Origin: an uncultured Acidobacteriota bacterium
GTDB lineage: Bacteria > Acidobacteriota > Blastocatellia > RBC074
Assembly: GCA_963796275.1 (NCBI GenBank)
Contig: CAWCKY010000001.1
Span: 64,001 to 128,000, forward strand
DNA: 64,000 nucleotides
Reading direction: 5' to 3'
Numbering within the stretch: position 1 is the stretch's first letter; every line of letters begins with the position of its first letter. Under the pieces are notes generated by a model that saw nothing but the letters and a program-made list of their open reading frames with translations, was not told the origin of the DNA and ran no database searches. The position numbers and the translations under genes were made by a program. Below are positions 10,071 to 21,523 of this stretch, piece after piece.

Positions 10071-11504
10071 AGGCATTCCGCTGTTCTCACATACGCCTGG
10101 GCATCAAATGCGGTTTACTAGTCTTCATTCCTCTCCTCATCTATTAACCATTGCAACACGTTCCGGGCCTTAAGTGCACTGGCAGTTCGGTCAAAACGCC
10201 CATCTGGGGGAGGGAATTGGTAGCCTCGATGTCCTCCGCCCCCAGATGGGTGGGGATCAATACCTGGGCCCTGGGTGCCTGATCGCATCAAGGAAACGAG
10301 GCACTGCGAGCGCAATTGCATCTGAGTCTTTACCCCACTGAACTGAGGTAAGGTGAATGATATTCACGGTGCTCAGGTTTGGCGCTTGCGTGAGACGTGG
10401 GCCTCGTGATCCAATCATACTCTGACTACATTCAAGAAAAGCAGGAATCGAAAGGTTCCCGCACTTTTTGCTCGTTAGACTGCCCCCAATTACCCATTCA
10501 AACAAAACGCGCAGATAGTGAGCATAGAGTGTCTGTAGATTCGATGGTTCCAATCACAAACACCACTGCACATGTTAGAATAAAGTGCTTTTGTTTGGTT
10601 GCAAGCGAATCGTTGCACGGGCCTATCCTTTGGAATGAAGGGTGCATCACTGTGTACCTGATCAAATTTGGCTCGGTACCTCAGTTTGGGAGATGTCGAG
10701 AGAGTTCAGCGGCGCTTGAGCAATCCATCAATAACACAATATCGGCATCGTCTCCACCGACCGCGGCGAGTATATATCTCCCGTCTGAGGACCAGGACAC
10801 CCGACAAACGATGAATATAGTCATATGACTTTCATCAAGCAAAAGTATCGATCATTATGTGATCCGAGTAACCGAAAGAGCCTGTCAGGCAGCCTTATAT
10901 TTACTGGTTATATTCTCAGGTTATTGGTTATGGCGCCGCGTGCACACCGGTTCGTCGCACGACGTTCGATGAATGCGGCTGGCACATTACTTCCATAGCT
11001 GGAGACCAGGAGTCCGGTATCTCAATATAAATAGCGTACGCCTGCGCGGAAGTAGCACACCAGCGGAGCAGCAAACAGGATGGTCGTTGAATGGGCCCTC
11101 CGCTCATCTCAAGCGAACGTCTCTCAACGACCACCTGTGCCTGGCTGAGGGCGCCTGCTCATAACCCTCACTTGCGTCGTTGGCACAGCTATCCCGGTTG
11201 TTGGACAGCTCCGGGTGGGCTTGCCGGATCGATATGCGTGTCAATCTTTCGTTTTTCGTTTAGGAACACCCAAGCTTGACCTAGGTGTGGCTCAGTTCTC
11301 ACTGAAGCATTGCTTGCTAATTACAAGATGAATGGATTGATGTGAATCGTCGTATGATGTTTCAATGGGTTGCTACCTCAAACGCCCTCAGCTCCCCACC
11401 ACGATTTAAGTTCCGTAGCGGATTTGTGCTGATTGGCGACGGCAGATGACTGAGCCAACGGCTGAATGATGCCGTCACTATTCGGAGTGGTCTCACGGGC
11501 ACAC

Positions 11505-11918
11505 CTACCGAGTTTTATACACTATGACCACGTTATCAATAATGAAGTCGTCGATGGGGCCACCACCTCCGCCGCTTGCATTGCGAGATTCGACGTGCAG
11601 TACGTTATTTGCCGGGTTCAACTGATGACGAGATTCGATAAGCAGGATGTTGCCATTCCAGGTATCTCTGCTCGGGCTCACGGGTAACCCGCCAAAAATA
11701 TCGACTCCATTGACCCTGAAGATATTTCTTGAGTGGTCAACATCACGCGATTGAAACATCAGGAAGGCAGTTTCGCCAGGATTCACATTTGGGCAATTGA
11801 ACGAGAAGTCCTTTGTCGGTCCCACAAATGGAACATTAGGCTCAATATCGTTAAAGCCACCTGGGTCGTTGCCGAACTGTTGTCTTTGAAAAAGAATCAC
11901 AGTGAAATCTGTTGCCAT
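11505..11918 (-). CDS. Hypothetical all-beta protein (137 aa)
   Basis: RBS AGGAGA, beta-sandwich-like composition (DDFIIDNVVIVYKT). Confidence 0.75.
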   Translation of the reverse strand: MATDFTVILFQRQQFGNDPGGFNDIEPNVPFVGPTKDFSFNCPNVNPGETAFLMFQSRDVDHSRNIFRVNGVDIFGGLPVSPSRDTWNGNILLIESRHQLNPANNVLHVESRNASGGGGGPIDDFIIDNVVIVYKTR

Positions 11919-12320
11919 ATAAATTCTCCTTATGGTGGTTAAGGACGCATTAACGAAACGGTTTTTCCATCGCCGCGTCCGTATTGGCTATAGCCGCCGA
12001 TGGTGATAGATCGCCCGACTCACAAGTCTGAGCCTTGCAATGGGGGGTCGTTTAGCAAAAGGACAGAAACCAACGCCTTCTGACCCTGAGGTTCTTATGC
12101 CCTTTTCCGTTCTCTGATCAATCATTTTTGTCGTTGTTGTTCCCGAACCGGCAGGCAAATTACTCAGCCGCCCGCAGACAGGAATTTACTCCACAGGTCG
12201 AATTCACTTATTGAATTCAACAAGGTAAGTTGCCGAATCCCCTGGCATATAGCCACACGTCATAAATATTTTTTGGGCGATCAATACACTGCTCTCGACA
12301 ACTGGCAGGGAGGATTTTCT

Positions 12321-12502
12321 ATGTCATTCACATTACGCCTATCGCTCGGGTTTCTAGCTTTGAGCCTTACTTTCATCAGCATTACCCCAGTGCAGTCTCA
12401 ATCGATACCTCCCGCTGCAGCGGCGCAACGTTCAGCCGATGAAGCCGCTTCGATCGCTGGCTGAAGCCTTTTTCTACACCTGGATGACAAAAGACCTTAA
12501 CT
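12321..12502 (+). pseudogene. N-terminal fragment of a secreted protein, possibly the start of the CHAT gene ending at 13944
   Basis: RBS GGAGG, signal peptide MSFTLRLSLGFLALSLTF, frameshift into LAEAFFYTW. Confidence 0.45.
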
Positions 12503-12794
12503 GCTGTTGCTCGATCTTTCACGCGCTCCGCATCAGAAATCACGCAAGGTCTTCTTCGGCTCAATTCACCCCGTGCTCGACTTGTTAACCTCCTGATCAG
12601 CCGGTGAGCGTTATCATCGATCACCGCCTCACTGAGCGTTACTTGTGCTATCGACTCTTACGGCGCAATATCGACGATGCCTGAGGTCCTTCAGCGATTG
12701 AACGTCACCTGCTTGCCGCCGAGAAATGACGCTTGGTGGACTCCCGGTTTAAGGAAGATGAAATCCCCCGGCCGAGCGACCCCAACAGCTTTGG

Positions 12795-13680
12795 TTACCT
12801 CGCTGAAGAACTGTATGTGCAACTGGCGTTGGAGTTGCTGGCCAGCGGATCGACATAGCGCGCCCCGCTAGTAATCAGGTTCTTTCGAATGTTGGAGTTG
12901 CGCAGCACCTGTAAGGCCTTACTGACCTGATTGGCGGTGAACTGATCGCGACAGGTATAATTTGAGTAAGACATCAGGTTCTTTGTCGGTGGATTGTAAG
13001 CTGTCTGATTACAGTTTCCTGCGAGCGCGGCTGAGTTGTCATACATGCAATTGGCTACCCGACTCCTTGGAGGAGTGAATGAAAAATCAATCAGGCCAGG
13101 ATCAGCCGCAGTATCACATAACCGGTCGCCGACGGTAGAGCAATTGTTTCCACTCGGACATTCGGTACCAAAGAAAGTCTCGTGGGTATGAAAGAGGTCA
13201 AAGTAATGTCCGATCTCGTGAGCAAATGTAGATGGATCAGTCGCGCGCACGGCGCAGTTGATATCCACGAGCATCCCCTGGATAGAGGTGTTCGTAAAAG
13301 ATGACTCGCCGCACATATCCACTAGATTGGTGAAATAAACATTAATTGTATTCGCTACAACATTGACTTGCCGTAGCCGTCACGTCTGGGACGATAAAGT
13401 GAGTATCGTCGTTAATAAAATCAATCCCTCTGTAAATGAAGAACTGCATACCGACCGGCTGCCACATTTGGTTCAGGTCTCGCATCGCTATGTCGTATTG
13501 GCCGAGTGTGAAGCCGCCCGTGCCATTGCTGCGCCGCACGATGTGAATCGTCAACGGCACATAGTAAGGGGCATCTGTCGGAGGATCCACATCTGGCGCA
13601 GCGACGGCTTCACGATCCAGCTCCGATCTAAGTTGCCCTGGCGGGATGACCGTCCCGCACTCTCTTTTCTTAATTAACGG
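12795..13680 (-). pseudogene. M43 (pappalysin-like) zinc metalloprotease, frameshifted and truncated
   Basis: ECGT propeptide motif, VPLTIHIVR, HEIGHYFDLFHTH, LCDTAAD, NLMSY Met-turn; frameshift ~13370. Confidence 0.85.
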
Positions 13681-13724
13681 TGTCTTCTCCTGGGTCTGCG
13701 ATGCTTGACGCCGCCCGTGCCGCT

Positions 13725-13944
13725 GATCGCGCCGGCGACGGTGGTCAGCCAGTGGGAAGTGGAATCGGCCAGCACGCGCGACCTGATGCTCGGTTTTCAT
13801 CGGCAACTGCAAGCGCCGCGCGTCGCGAGCAAACTGACGAAGGCCGAAAGCTTGCGGCGTGCGGCCTTGAAGCTGATGAAGAATCCCGAGACCAATCATC
13901 CGTTCTACTGGGCGGGATTTGTGTTAGTGGGCGATGGCAGGTAA
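13725..13944 (+). pseudogene. CHAT domain C-terminal fragment
   Basis: ATVVSQWEVESASTRDLM...HPFYWAGFVLVGDG. Confidence 0.9.
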
Positions 13945-13963
13945 TTCAACCGGCGTTAAAAAT

Positions 13964-15317
13964 TTAGCGGCGCATCGCCGATAGACTTTCTAGCAGGCGG
14001 CGAGAAATCCTTGAATTCGGATTGAGTTCATACAGCATGCGGAATTCCCGCTCAGCATCATCGAGCAGCCCGGACTTCGTATAAATCAGCGCCATCGTCA
14101 GATGCGAGGCGGCGTGATCGCGCCGCGCTTGAACTACTTCATTCGCCAGGGTCTCATCGAGAATACGGAATTTTGCCAGCGGCGCGGGCGGACGCGGAGA
14201 GCTGAATTCTTCTCCGCCTCTGATGGCTGTTACTTGCCAGGAATAGATTGCGCCACGTTTGAGGGATTGTGGCGTCGTCCACGAAGTATCTTTGAGCTGC
14301 GAACTGGTGGTTACCTGACTGAGCTTATCGTCGTAAACTTCAACGACGTAGCCTGTCGCGCCATCCAACGGCGACCAGCGGAATGTCGGGCGATCAGAGA
14401 AAATAACTATTCCAATCGGGTTGATCACTGAAAACTTGTTTCCCTGGTTGTCGCCACCTCTCATCAATAAATCATCAGGGCGGACCAACCCTGCCAGAAG
14501 CTGTGGTTTTTCGAGCAACTGAGAGCTGAGCGCATTCCTGATCATTTGCTGGTAAGCAGGAGGCAGGTGATCGACACCCGACAGCTTACCGTTTCCATCC
14601 AACGCCATCTGTCCGGCGCCGTCATTGAGCTGAGCGATGACCGCAGAGCCTCCTTGCGTCGGATTGGGCGAAACAACCGGTGTGGTTGGCGAGGGAGTCG
14701 TTTGCCCAATCTTCGGGTCCTTCCCGAAGTGTAGTGTAGTGTCCCAAATCATCAAGCCAACGGCAATCATTAAGAGCGCCGCCAGAGCGGACCCGGCGAC
14801 CAGCGCTGGAGACCTCGATAAAATAAATTGCGGACCTGCCAGGGAAGATTCGACCGGCGCGGGAGACCTCGGTATAGGAGATTGCGCAGCCGCGACAGAT
14901 CGGCGCAAAGGGGGTTCCTTCTACATGAGGCGGATGATATTCGCGATCCAGCCCGGGCATAACCCGGTTTCTGAAAGCGCGCAAGTCATCCACCGCCATC
15001 GCGCACTGCTCGCAACCGGTTAAATGATCCTTGACGAGCTGGAGTTCCTCTCCCGACAGAGCTTCATCAACATATGCAGCCGTCAGCTCAAAAGTCAGAT
15101 GCACATGCTCCGAGGACGAAGAAACCGTCTCCGCCGAAGCGCTAAACACTTCTGATTTCAGCGCATAAAACACCCCATCATCACCCAACACCCGTTCGAC
15201 CTTTAGGCGACATGCTTCGCAATCTCGCAAGTGTCTGGATGCGGACAGGAATTCTGCGGCCGAAACCGTTTGACGACCGTAGTCTTCAATCTGGGTTTTA
15301 GTAAGATGTTCAGACAA
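13964..15317 (-). pseudogene. Double zf-HC2 anti-sigma membrane protein, frameshifted ~14915
   Basis: HLRDCEAC and HLTGCEQC ZAS motifs, then in another frame a TM helix, RPTFRWSP beta domain and TPR-like C-terminus. Confidence 0.8.
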
Positions 15318-15432
15318 GTCTCTTCACCCCACCATTAAGGAGCAGCGCCAGGGATAATGTTGTCCTTATAATAGCGTAAGTTATTCATAATAGTGTAAGT
15401 TACTCAAACTCGTCGAATATAGGCGTGGCATA

Positions 15433-16488
15433 TCAAAGAAACCCTTTTAACCGCCGTTCCAATCGTCTACGCGCCGATTGGCGCGCACTGATGACCTGTT
15501 GCCGCGTCTGTTGCAACAGTTCGGCGATCTTCGAGTCGTCAAGAGGCAATTCGCTCCACAACTCAGCCAGTTGTTCCTCGCTCATCTCCAGCGCCTCGGC
15601 CAATTGGTCAATAGACGCTATTCCTGTCGCCGGAAACAGCGCGATGCAACCCCGGTTTTTCTGGTCTCTCAGATTAAGCAGAAACGCCACACGCTGGTGT
15701 AGAGGAAGCAGTCGCAATTCCTCCCAGAGCCGTTGCAGGAAGATGCGTTGTTCCAAGCGCGAGGAGACATCGGCTTCCTGGCCCGCCAACTCAACCCTGG
15801 TGTCAGCTGAATCCTCATCAATTGACTCAATCCTCCTGTCCGAGATTTGCAACAACTCTGCTACAGTCTTTACCAATTCATCAAACTCAACCGGACCGCC
15901 AGCGTGATTGAAGATTGTCGCTAGCGCCTCCTTGAGGTCGGCTGAATCTTCGCCACCTCCGAGCGAATTGATAAGCTGTTCATTTTTAAGCAGTTGCTTG
16001 AGATCGGCCGCCTTGATAGAAGGCCTTTGTCCCTTCCAAGCCGCATACCCGGCGACCAGTTTCTTCGCTTCATCCTTATCTTCGTGCCAGAGCGCAAAAC
16101 CCGCCTGACGAGTCAGCAGGTATTCAATCTGATTTCTGAGCGCGTGTAGCCGAGGAAATTGACGGCGCATCCATCGAGCGCAGAGACGGTAAGTAATTGT
16201 GGCCGTAAGCCCGCGCACATCTCTGATAGGATGCGTCTCGATATCAGAGCGGAGTTTTTGTAATTCGACCAGCAGTTGCGCGATCGCTTCCAGCCGCAGG
16301 TCTTCTGCTTCCGCCTCCACACCGCCTCGGTTGAGATTGTGGCGCAGCTTATATCGAATAATCCCATTGATGACTGGCTCAGCGTATACGGTAATGAGTT
16401 GTGATAGAAACACGTCTATTTCTTCGCCACCACTCATCAGAACCAGTGGTTCGAGCAACCTGTCAATTTGTGGCGATGATTCATTCAT
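15433..16488 (-). CDS. Atypical long ECF-type sigma factor-like protein
   Basis: Region-2-like EAEDLRLEAIAQL, region-4-like LWEELRLLPLHQRVAFLL and DSKIAELLQQTRQQVISARQSARRRL; sits upstream of the anti-sigma. Confidence 0.7.
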   Translation of the reverse strand: MNESSPQIDRLLEPLVLMSGGEEIDVFLSQLITVYAEPVINGIIRYKLRHNLNRGGVEAEAEDLRLEAIAQLLVELQKLRSDIETHPIRDVRGLTATITYRLCARWMRRQFPRLHALRNQIEYLLTRQAGFALWHEDKDEAKKLVAGYAAWKGQRPSIKAADLKQLLKNEQLINSLGGGEDSADLKEALATIFNHAGGPVEFDELVKTVAELLQISDRRIESIDEDSADTRVELAGQEADVSSRLEQRIFLQRLWEELRLLPLHQRVAFLLNLRDQKNRGCIALFPATGIASIDQLAEALEMSEEQLAELWSELPLDDSKIAELLQQTRQQVISARQSARRRLERRLKGFL

Positions 16489-17202
16489 TACAGACACACA
16501 ATATGAAAAAAAGAACAATGCAGAGCCGCCGCGATGATAAGCCCTGACTCGATAACACGAAAGTCTTGCAGCGTGTGATTTGATTTGATCACGTCAGATT
16601 TTGTGGTTCCAGCGGAAACTCTAAGGAAAGCGGCCTTCGAGACTTACAAGTTGGGCGCTGAGTCGTGCGCTGAAGCGAGCTTGGATGTCGACTCGAGAAC
16701 GCCGCCCCATGTCTTGCACCGAGCAGGGCCGCTTTCAGTCACCCCCTATCCACATCAAGCCGCCGCGCATCTATTTCATTAGCCGTGTCGGAGAACATCT
16801 TGTTAGTAATCTGATTAAGAGAACGGCGAAACGCACCAACGCGCTTGCCCTTGGGGAGCGATATGTACAGATCAGCTAACTTGTGGTCACCATGGAAGAA
16901 TTCCTTTTTCGAGTCCGCCGTGCGCGCATGTTGATGTCAATCAACACTCTCGACAAAAGCTTGAGTTCGGCCATCAGGGCAGCCGTCTTATACGCCCCGC
17001 TCAAAGCGGGTGGTGTCACATCGTCCTTTCATACCACGATTGAATTCTTCTATTGTCAGCATCCGTTTTTACCTCGTGTCGTAGAATATCGGAGGTTGTG
17101 GCTTTCTGAGGGGGGAGATTTCCAAGAATTTTCCCGATAAGTCACACGCCCCTATTTGTGAGGTGTCCTAGAATGAATGGGTGAGAAAGGCATGGAGGAG
17201 AG

Positions 17203-18873
17203 ATGGTCACTGTGGAGGTCATCCGAGACGAGGTAATCCAGGAAATCTTCGGCCTCGCATTCTTCACCCACCGAGACAGAGAGGTGGCGATAGAGGTCGT
17301 CGTTGATACACTTGTGCGAATCCCACTCGTTCGTGACATCCAGGATGAACGCCCAAAGGCAAAGATAATGCAGCCCTATAAGCTGAGAATACCCGAGGAT
17401 TTGCTTCCGCGGTTTTGCCTCTATTTGGCTTCAGACCTTTGGGAACGAGACCAGGAGAAAGCGGAGCCGAACAAAAAGCCTGTCTACCGACCGGATGATG
17501 CAGATTACTTGATCCGCTATATCAAATTCCTCGTTTGGCAAACGATGGACCGGCATTCTCGTTATGTTGCGGTGGCGCTCGGCTGCCTTCTTCACAACTA
17601 CGGGCCAACCCAAATCAGCGAGCTATCCCCGGCATTCTTCAATGGCAACAATATCCGAAATACAAAGAAATGGCTCACTGACCGTATCCGCGCTCGGTTT
17701 AATGGGATGAACATTGTCAATCCGGACAATGCACAGATAATCAATCGCCTGCCTATTGATGGTGAACGTATTCTTGTGCAGCAGTCGTTGGAATTGTTCA
17801 GCGACAATAACCATATTCAACCTCAGACTTTTATTTTGGACACGGTATTTGCAGAGGGATCATCACATACTGAGAGAGAACGAATCCATGTCGTGGCTTG
17901 CCCAGTTTGTGGCGGTTTGTCTAAATTGATTCGGGAATGGAACGATCTTTTTGAGACAACAAGCTGCTGCAGGTTGGCTGATCCCGAAACGAAGCTGCGT
18001 GTTCCTACCTTTACAGATGCGCCGACTGACCCAACAGACCGCTTGTATCCGCACCCTCTCAGCGACCTTGAATTATCCGGGATCAGGTTGAAGCTCTATA
18101 AAGAATTATTTCGCAGAAAATTAGCTCGCCCAAGCCGTCTCCGCTTGTGCGTGGACGGGGAAGAGTATTTGGAGTGGCAGCTAGACGCCTGGTCTGCTGG
18201 CCAGTCATGTACTATTCCCTCAACTGCTACTTATATCGAAATATTCGGGGATGATGCGCAGGGAGATGCCCTGCTGGCCGTATTTCCTTTATCGGGCTCA
18301 GATACAACAGAAGATGAAGCCTCCCATTGGTCTGTGACAACGGAGTGCGGGCTGAAGATTGAACTGATGATCTCGACAGTTGACGGCGGAAAGAGTGAAC
18401 AAATTGAAGCATCAATTCAGGTGGGAATCGTTCGAGTTGCGCTCTCTCTTCCCGACGTGCTCGTCGATTTTCGGCTGATACAGCATCGCACTATCGACGA
18501 TTTTAACGTCTACGAGAGAGGCTTCTACGAGCGGTTGCTGTATATGATGTTTTGTTGCACGGAGGTCCATGGATCAAAGGACGAAAGTGCGGAGCGCCAT
18601 TTAATTGAACAATCGATTACTGATATTCAGATAGCTATACTTTCGTACATAGATGAGTTGATCGATGGTCTTACGGATTCCATTAACCAGGTCGACTCAC
18701 CAGGCATAGAGGTTTTGACTTTTCCTGGGAGACCGCCGCCCAAGGTAGAAGGGCACTGGCCCCGCGTCACGATGGGCGCGGAGTTTGGTGAACGGGAGTG
18801 GTCGGTGCCCGATCTTGTTCTCCCAGGTGAGGGTGCAGGTGACAACAATCCCGCTGGAGCGCCATCGGCTTAG
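17203..18873 (+). CDS. Hypothetical 556-aa protein with a sigma-like N-terminus and an internal HxxxCxxC motif
   Basis: Strong RBS GGAGGAG, long ORF, HVVACPVC. Confidence 0.7.
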   Translation: MVTVEVIRDEVIQEIFGLAFFTHRDREVAIEVVVDTLVRIPLVRDIQDERPKAKIMQPYKLRIPEDLLPRFCLYLASDLWERDQEKAEPNKKPVYRPDDADYLIRYIKFLVWQTMDRHSRYVAVALGCLLHNYGPTQISELSPAFFNGNNIRNTKKWLTDRIRARFNGMNIVNPDNAQIINRLPIDGERILVQQSLELFSDNNHIQPQTFILDTVFAEGSSHTERERIHVVACPVCGGLSKLIREWNDLFETTSCCRLADPETKLRVPTFTDAPTDPTDRLYPHPLSDLELSGIRLKLYKELFRRKLARPSRLRLCVDGEEYLEWQLDAWSAGQSCTIPSTATYIEIFGDDAQGDALLAVFPLSGSDTTEDEASHWSVTTECGLKIELMISTVDGGKSEQIEASIQVGIVRVALSLPDVLVDFRLIQHRTIDDFNVYERGFYERLLYMMFCCTEVHGSKDESAERHLIEQSITDIQIAILSYIDELIDGLTDSINQVDSPGIEVLTFPGRPPPKVEGHWPRVTMGAEFGEREWSVPDLVLPGEGAGDNNPAGAPSA

Positions 18874-18899
18874 CAGGATTTCCTCAGCCAAGGGTATTG

Positions 18900-18928
18900 A
18901 GCGGTAGAGAGATCATCTCTCTACCGCT
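18900..18928. terminator. Hairpin after the 556-aa gene
   Basis: agcggtagagagat-c-atctctctaccgct followed by tgttt. Confidence 0.6.
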
Positions 18929-19088
18929 TGTTTGGAGTTACTGTAGCTCAAGAGTCTCGTCATTCATTCCCGGCACGAGAAGCGCCGATCTTTGGCCCCA
19001 AACTTTGTCTCATCGTTTTTTGACGCTATTATAGATAGTGACACAGCTGTCTAGGCTAGATAACTTTACTCTATCAAGTACTTTGTGT

Positions 19089-19116
19089 GGGTCTGATAAT
19101 AGGCCTTATGTAACCA
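19089..19116 (+). other. dif/Xer-like recombination site, copy 1
   Basis: gggtctgataa-taggcc-ttatgtaacca (11-6-11). Confidence 0.6.
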
Positions 19117-19240
19117 TTGTATTATAATTAGATAGTTACAAGAGTATTGGATTGCCTTTGACGGACGCTGCTTGAGCATCATCAGCGGTATATAGGAGAT
19201 GGAGGCGGGTTTGTTCAAGGGGCTCTTTAATGGCCTCTTT

Positions 19241-19625
19241 CTAGCCCTCTTCTACACGATTCTTGCCAATATCTTTTGCTTTTCGCGCTGCCCCATCAGC
19301 AATTGTGTTCAAATCGCGCGATCGAGGGTTCGGTGGCGAGGTGGTTACTCCGATACTCGCCGTGACTTTTGGAAGCAACTGACCATTGTATTCAATCGAA
19401 ATCGACCTGACCCGCTCACACATATCCTCGGCAATCTCACGTGCCCTCAGTTGTCCCTGCCCAACAATTATTGACACGGTTTCATCTCCGCGTCCCCTAT
19501 AGGCACTGCCCAACATTTCCAATGCGTCGCGGGCGGCGACCAAATAGGCTCTCATAACCTCATCTCCAGCATCATGCCCAAAATCCTCGTTGATCTTCTT
19601 GAAGTCATCCATCTCTCCACCGGTC
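19241..19625 (-). pseudogene. GGDEF domain fragment
   Basis: MDDFKKINEDFGHDAGDEV, degenerate YRGRGDET, VTASIGV, AKDIGKNRV. Confidence 0.8.
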
Positions 19626-20632
19626 AAGGACCATTCCTCGCACGCTTCGACTTGCCATGCAAATCGCAAGAGAGCGTCCCGTATAAGAGCCAAATTGGAG
19701 CAAATCCTTAGGGGGAACTTGGATAAGGAGCAGACTCATCAATAAGATTTGATGGGCGCGCTGAAAATGTTGCCTGAAAAGGATCGTGAGTTCATGGCTA
19801 ATTATGTGGCCAACCAGGAGATGCGCGTGAGTATGGCAAATCGTAAGAGAGCGTCCCCGTATAAGAGCTAAATTACAGACAATTCTTTCTGAGATGGAAT
19901 CAGCTTCGGGAACACAGTGATCTTTGTTTTGCCCCACGATCTCCTTAGATCGCATCATAGTGCCATCAAGTAAGCCAGCGTCACAAAAGCAGGATTGGTA
20001 GTCAGAACTAGATGACAGGTGTCGAACTTTGATGGCACTCTTCTCTATTTAGCGCCCATACTGAACCCTCATAAATTTATTAGCTACAACGATCTTGGAT
20101 GTGGAATGAATGTTGCACTACCAATTGCGGCTGGTAGAAATCTTCAGTTTACATGAAGCCGCAGGTTTGGACGGGTAATTTGTTTAGCTTAGCCATTCAT
20201 CAGTCGTCCAATGATTCACGGATCATCATGGTGCTTCGGCGTCAACTCAGCCGGATCGTGCCCATGCAAAGAAAACCTCGTGGAACAGTACAGCATTTCA
20301 GACAAATCGCTGCGTGCCCGGCTTCTCCAGTAAAGCGGGGACCGTAATGCCTTTGAGTAGGTGAGCGGCGATGACTGCTCCCGTGAAGCACGGAGGCGGT
20401 CGCTTCCGAAGTGTTCTTGAAGTGTAAAAGCCGAGTGGCAAGCGTAACGATCGTCGCACTTGGGAGGAGTTATATGCGCAATTAATTGGTGAGAGCAAAA
20501 ATGGAACAGGCAAACCACCTGTGCAGAAGAGACATTCTTCGCAGAGTCGAACGTCTCGGCTGGTATTTCTCCAATGGTCCGGAATAAAAGACCAGTGGAA
20601 TCGTTTTCTGAATTTGAAAGGAGCAAACAGGT

Positions 20633-21523
20633 ATGAAAAATTTCGCTAATCGATCTCAATTATGTAGGAGAACTCTCAGGAAGGGAATCGGGATTATGTT
20701 CTTCCTAATGGCAGTTGCGTTGGTTCCAACCAGCGCGGCTTACGCTCAGTGTTCGATAACATTCGGTCGCGGCGGCGCATCGACAACCTTTACCGGGAGC
20801 ACTACGAACGCAGGAGGCCCCTGGGACTTCATCCGATCAACGAGTGGGATGTGTACGTTCGAGGTATTTAACCAGACAAACTTTCAAGGTCAGTGGAGGC
20901 TTTACGGTACGGGAATAAATGAACGTATTCGAATAGGTGCGGACGGCGCACAGGATAGTAACGGCTGGCGCGCGCGATCAGTACGCATCACCCAAAGGAA
21001 TGAGTCGTCCTGCCAAATCGCTCTTGGCGACGCCGGCATTACCCAGACCTTTTTCGGACCAGTAGATCTATCCGGCATCTCCGGTTGGGCATTTATCCGA
21101 TCAACAAACGGCCGCTGCGTCTTTCAGGTCTATAACGGGAATAATCTCTCAGAGCCCAGTGTTACTTATGGAAGTAATATTAACGCGAGGATTCGGGCCG
21201 GGGCCACAGGCGGGCAGGACAACGGTGGCTGGCGCATTCGATCATTAAGCATTCGAAATGCTAGTGCAGGTACATGCTCCATCACTCTCGGTGATAATGA
21301 CAAATCACAGACCTTCTTTGGCCCTGACCGTGTCTCCAACATATCGGATTGGAGCTTTATTCGGGCATCTACCGGAGGATGCCGCGTCATAGTCTTTGAC
21401 GGGAAAAACTTCGATGGCAGGCAAGCTCCATACGAGCAGGCGATAGGCCCTCAGATTCGAGTGGGATTCAGGATAGGCTCTCTCATTATCCAACCCACAC
21501 GTATCCAACCACCTCTTAACTGA
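20633..21523 (+). CDS. Secreted protein with three beta/gamma-crystallin-like repeats
   Basis: Signal peptide (SAAYA/Q); three C-x-I...W.FIRST.G.C...F/Y-x4-F-x-G...RS repeats. Confidence 0.75.
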   Translation: MKNFANRSQLCRRTLRKGIGIMFFLMAVALVPTSAAYAQCSITFGRGGASTTFTGSTTNAGGPWDFIRSTSGMCTFEVFNQTNFQGQWRLYGTGINERIRIGADGAQDSNGWRARSVRITQRNESSCQIALGDAGITQTFFGPVDLSGISGWAFIRSTNGRCVFQVYNGNNLSEPSVTYGSNINARIRAGATGGQDNGGWRIRSLSIRNASAGTCSITLGDNDKSQTFFGPDRVSNISDWSFIRASTGGCRVIVFDGKNFDGRQAPYEQAIGPQIRVGFRIGSLIIQPTRIQPPLN

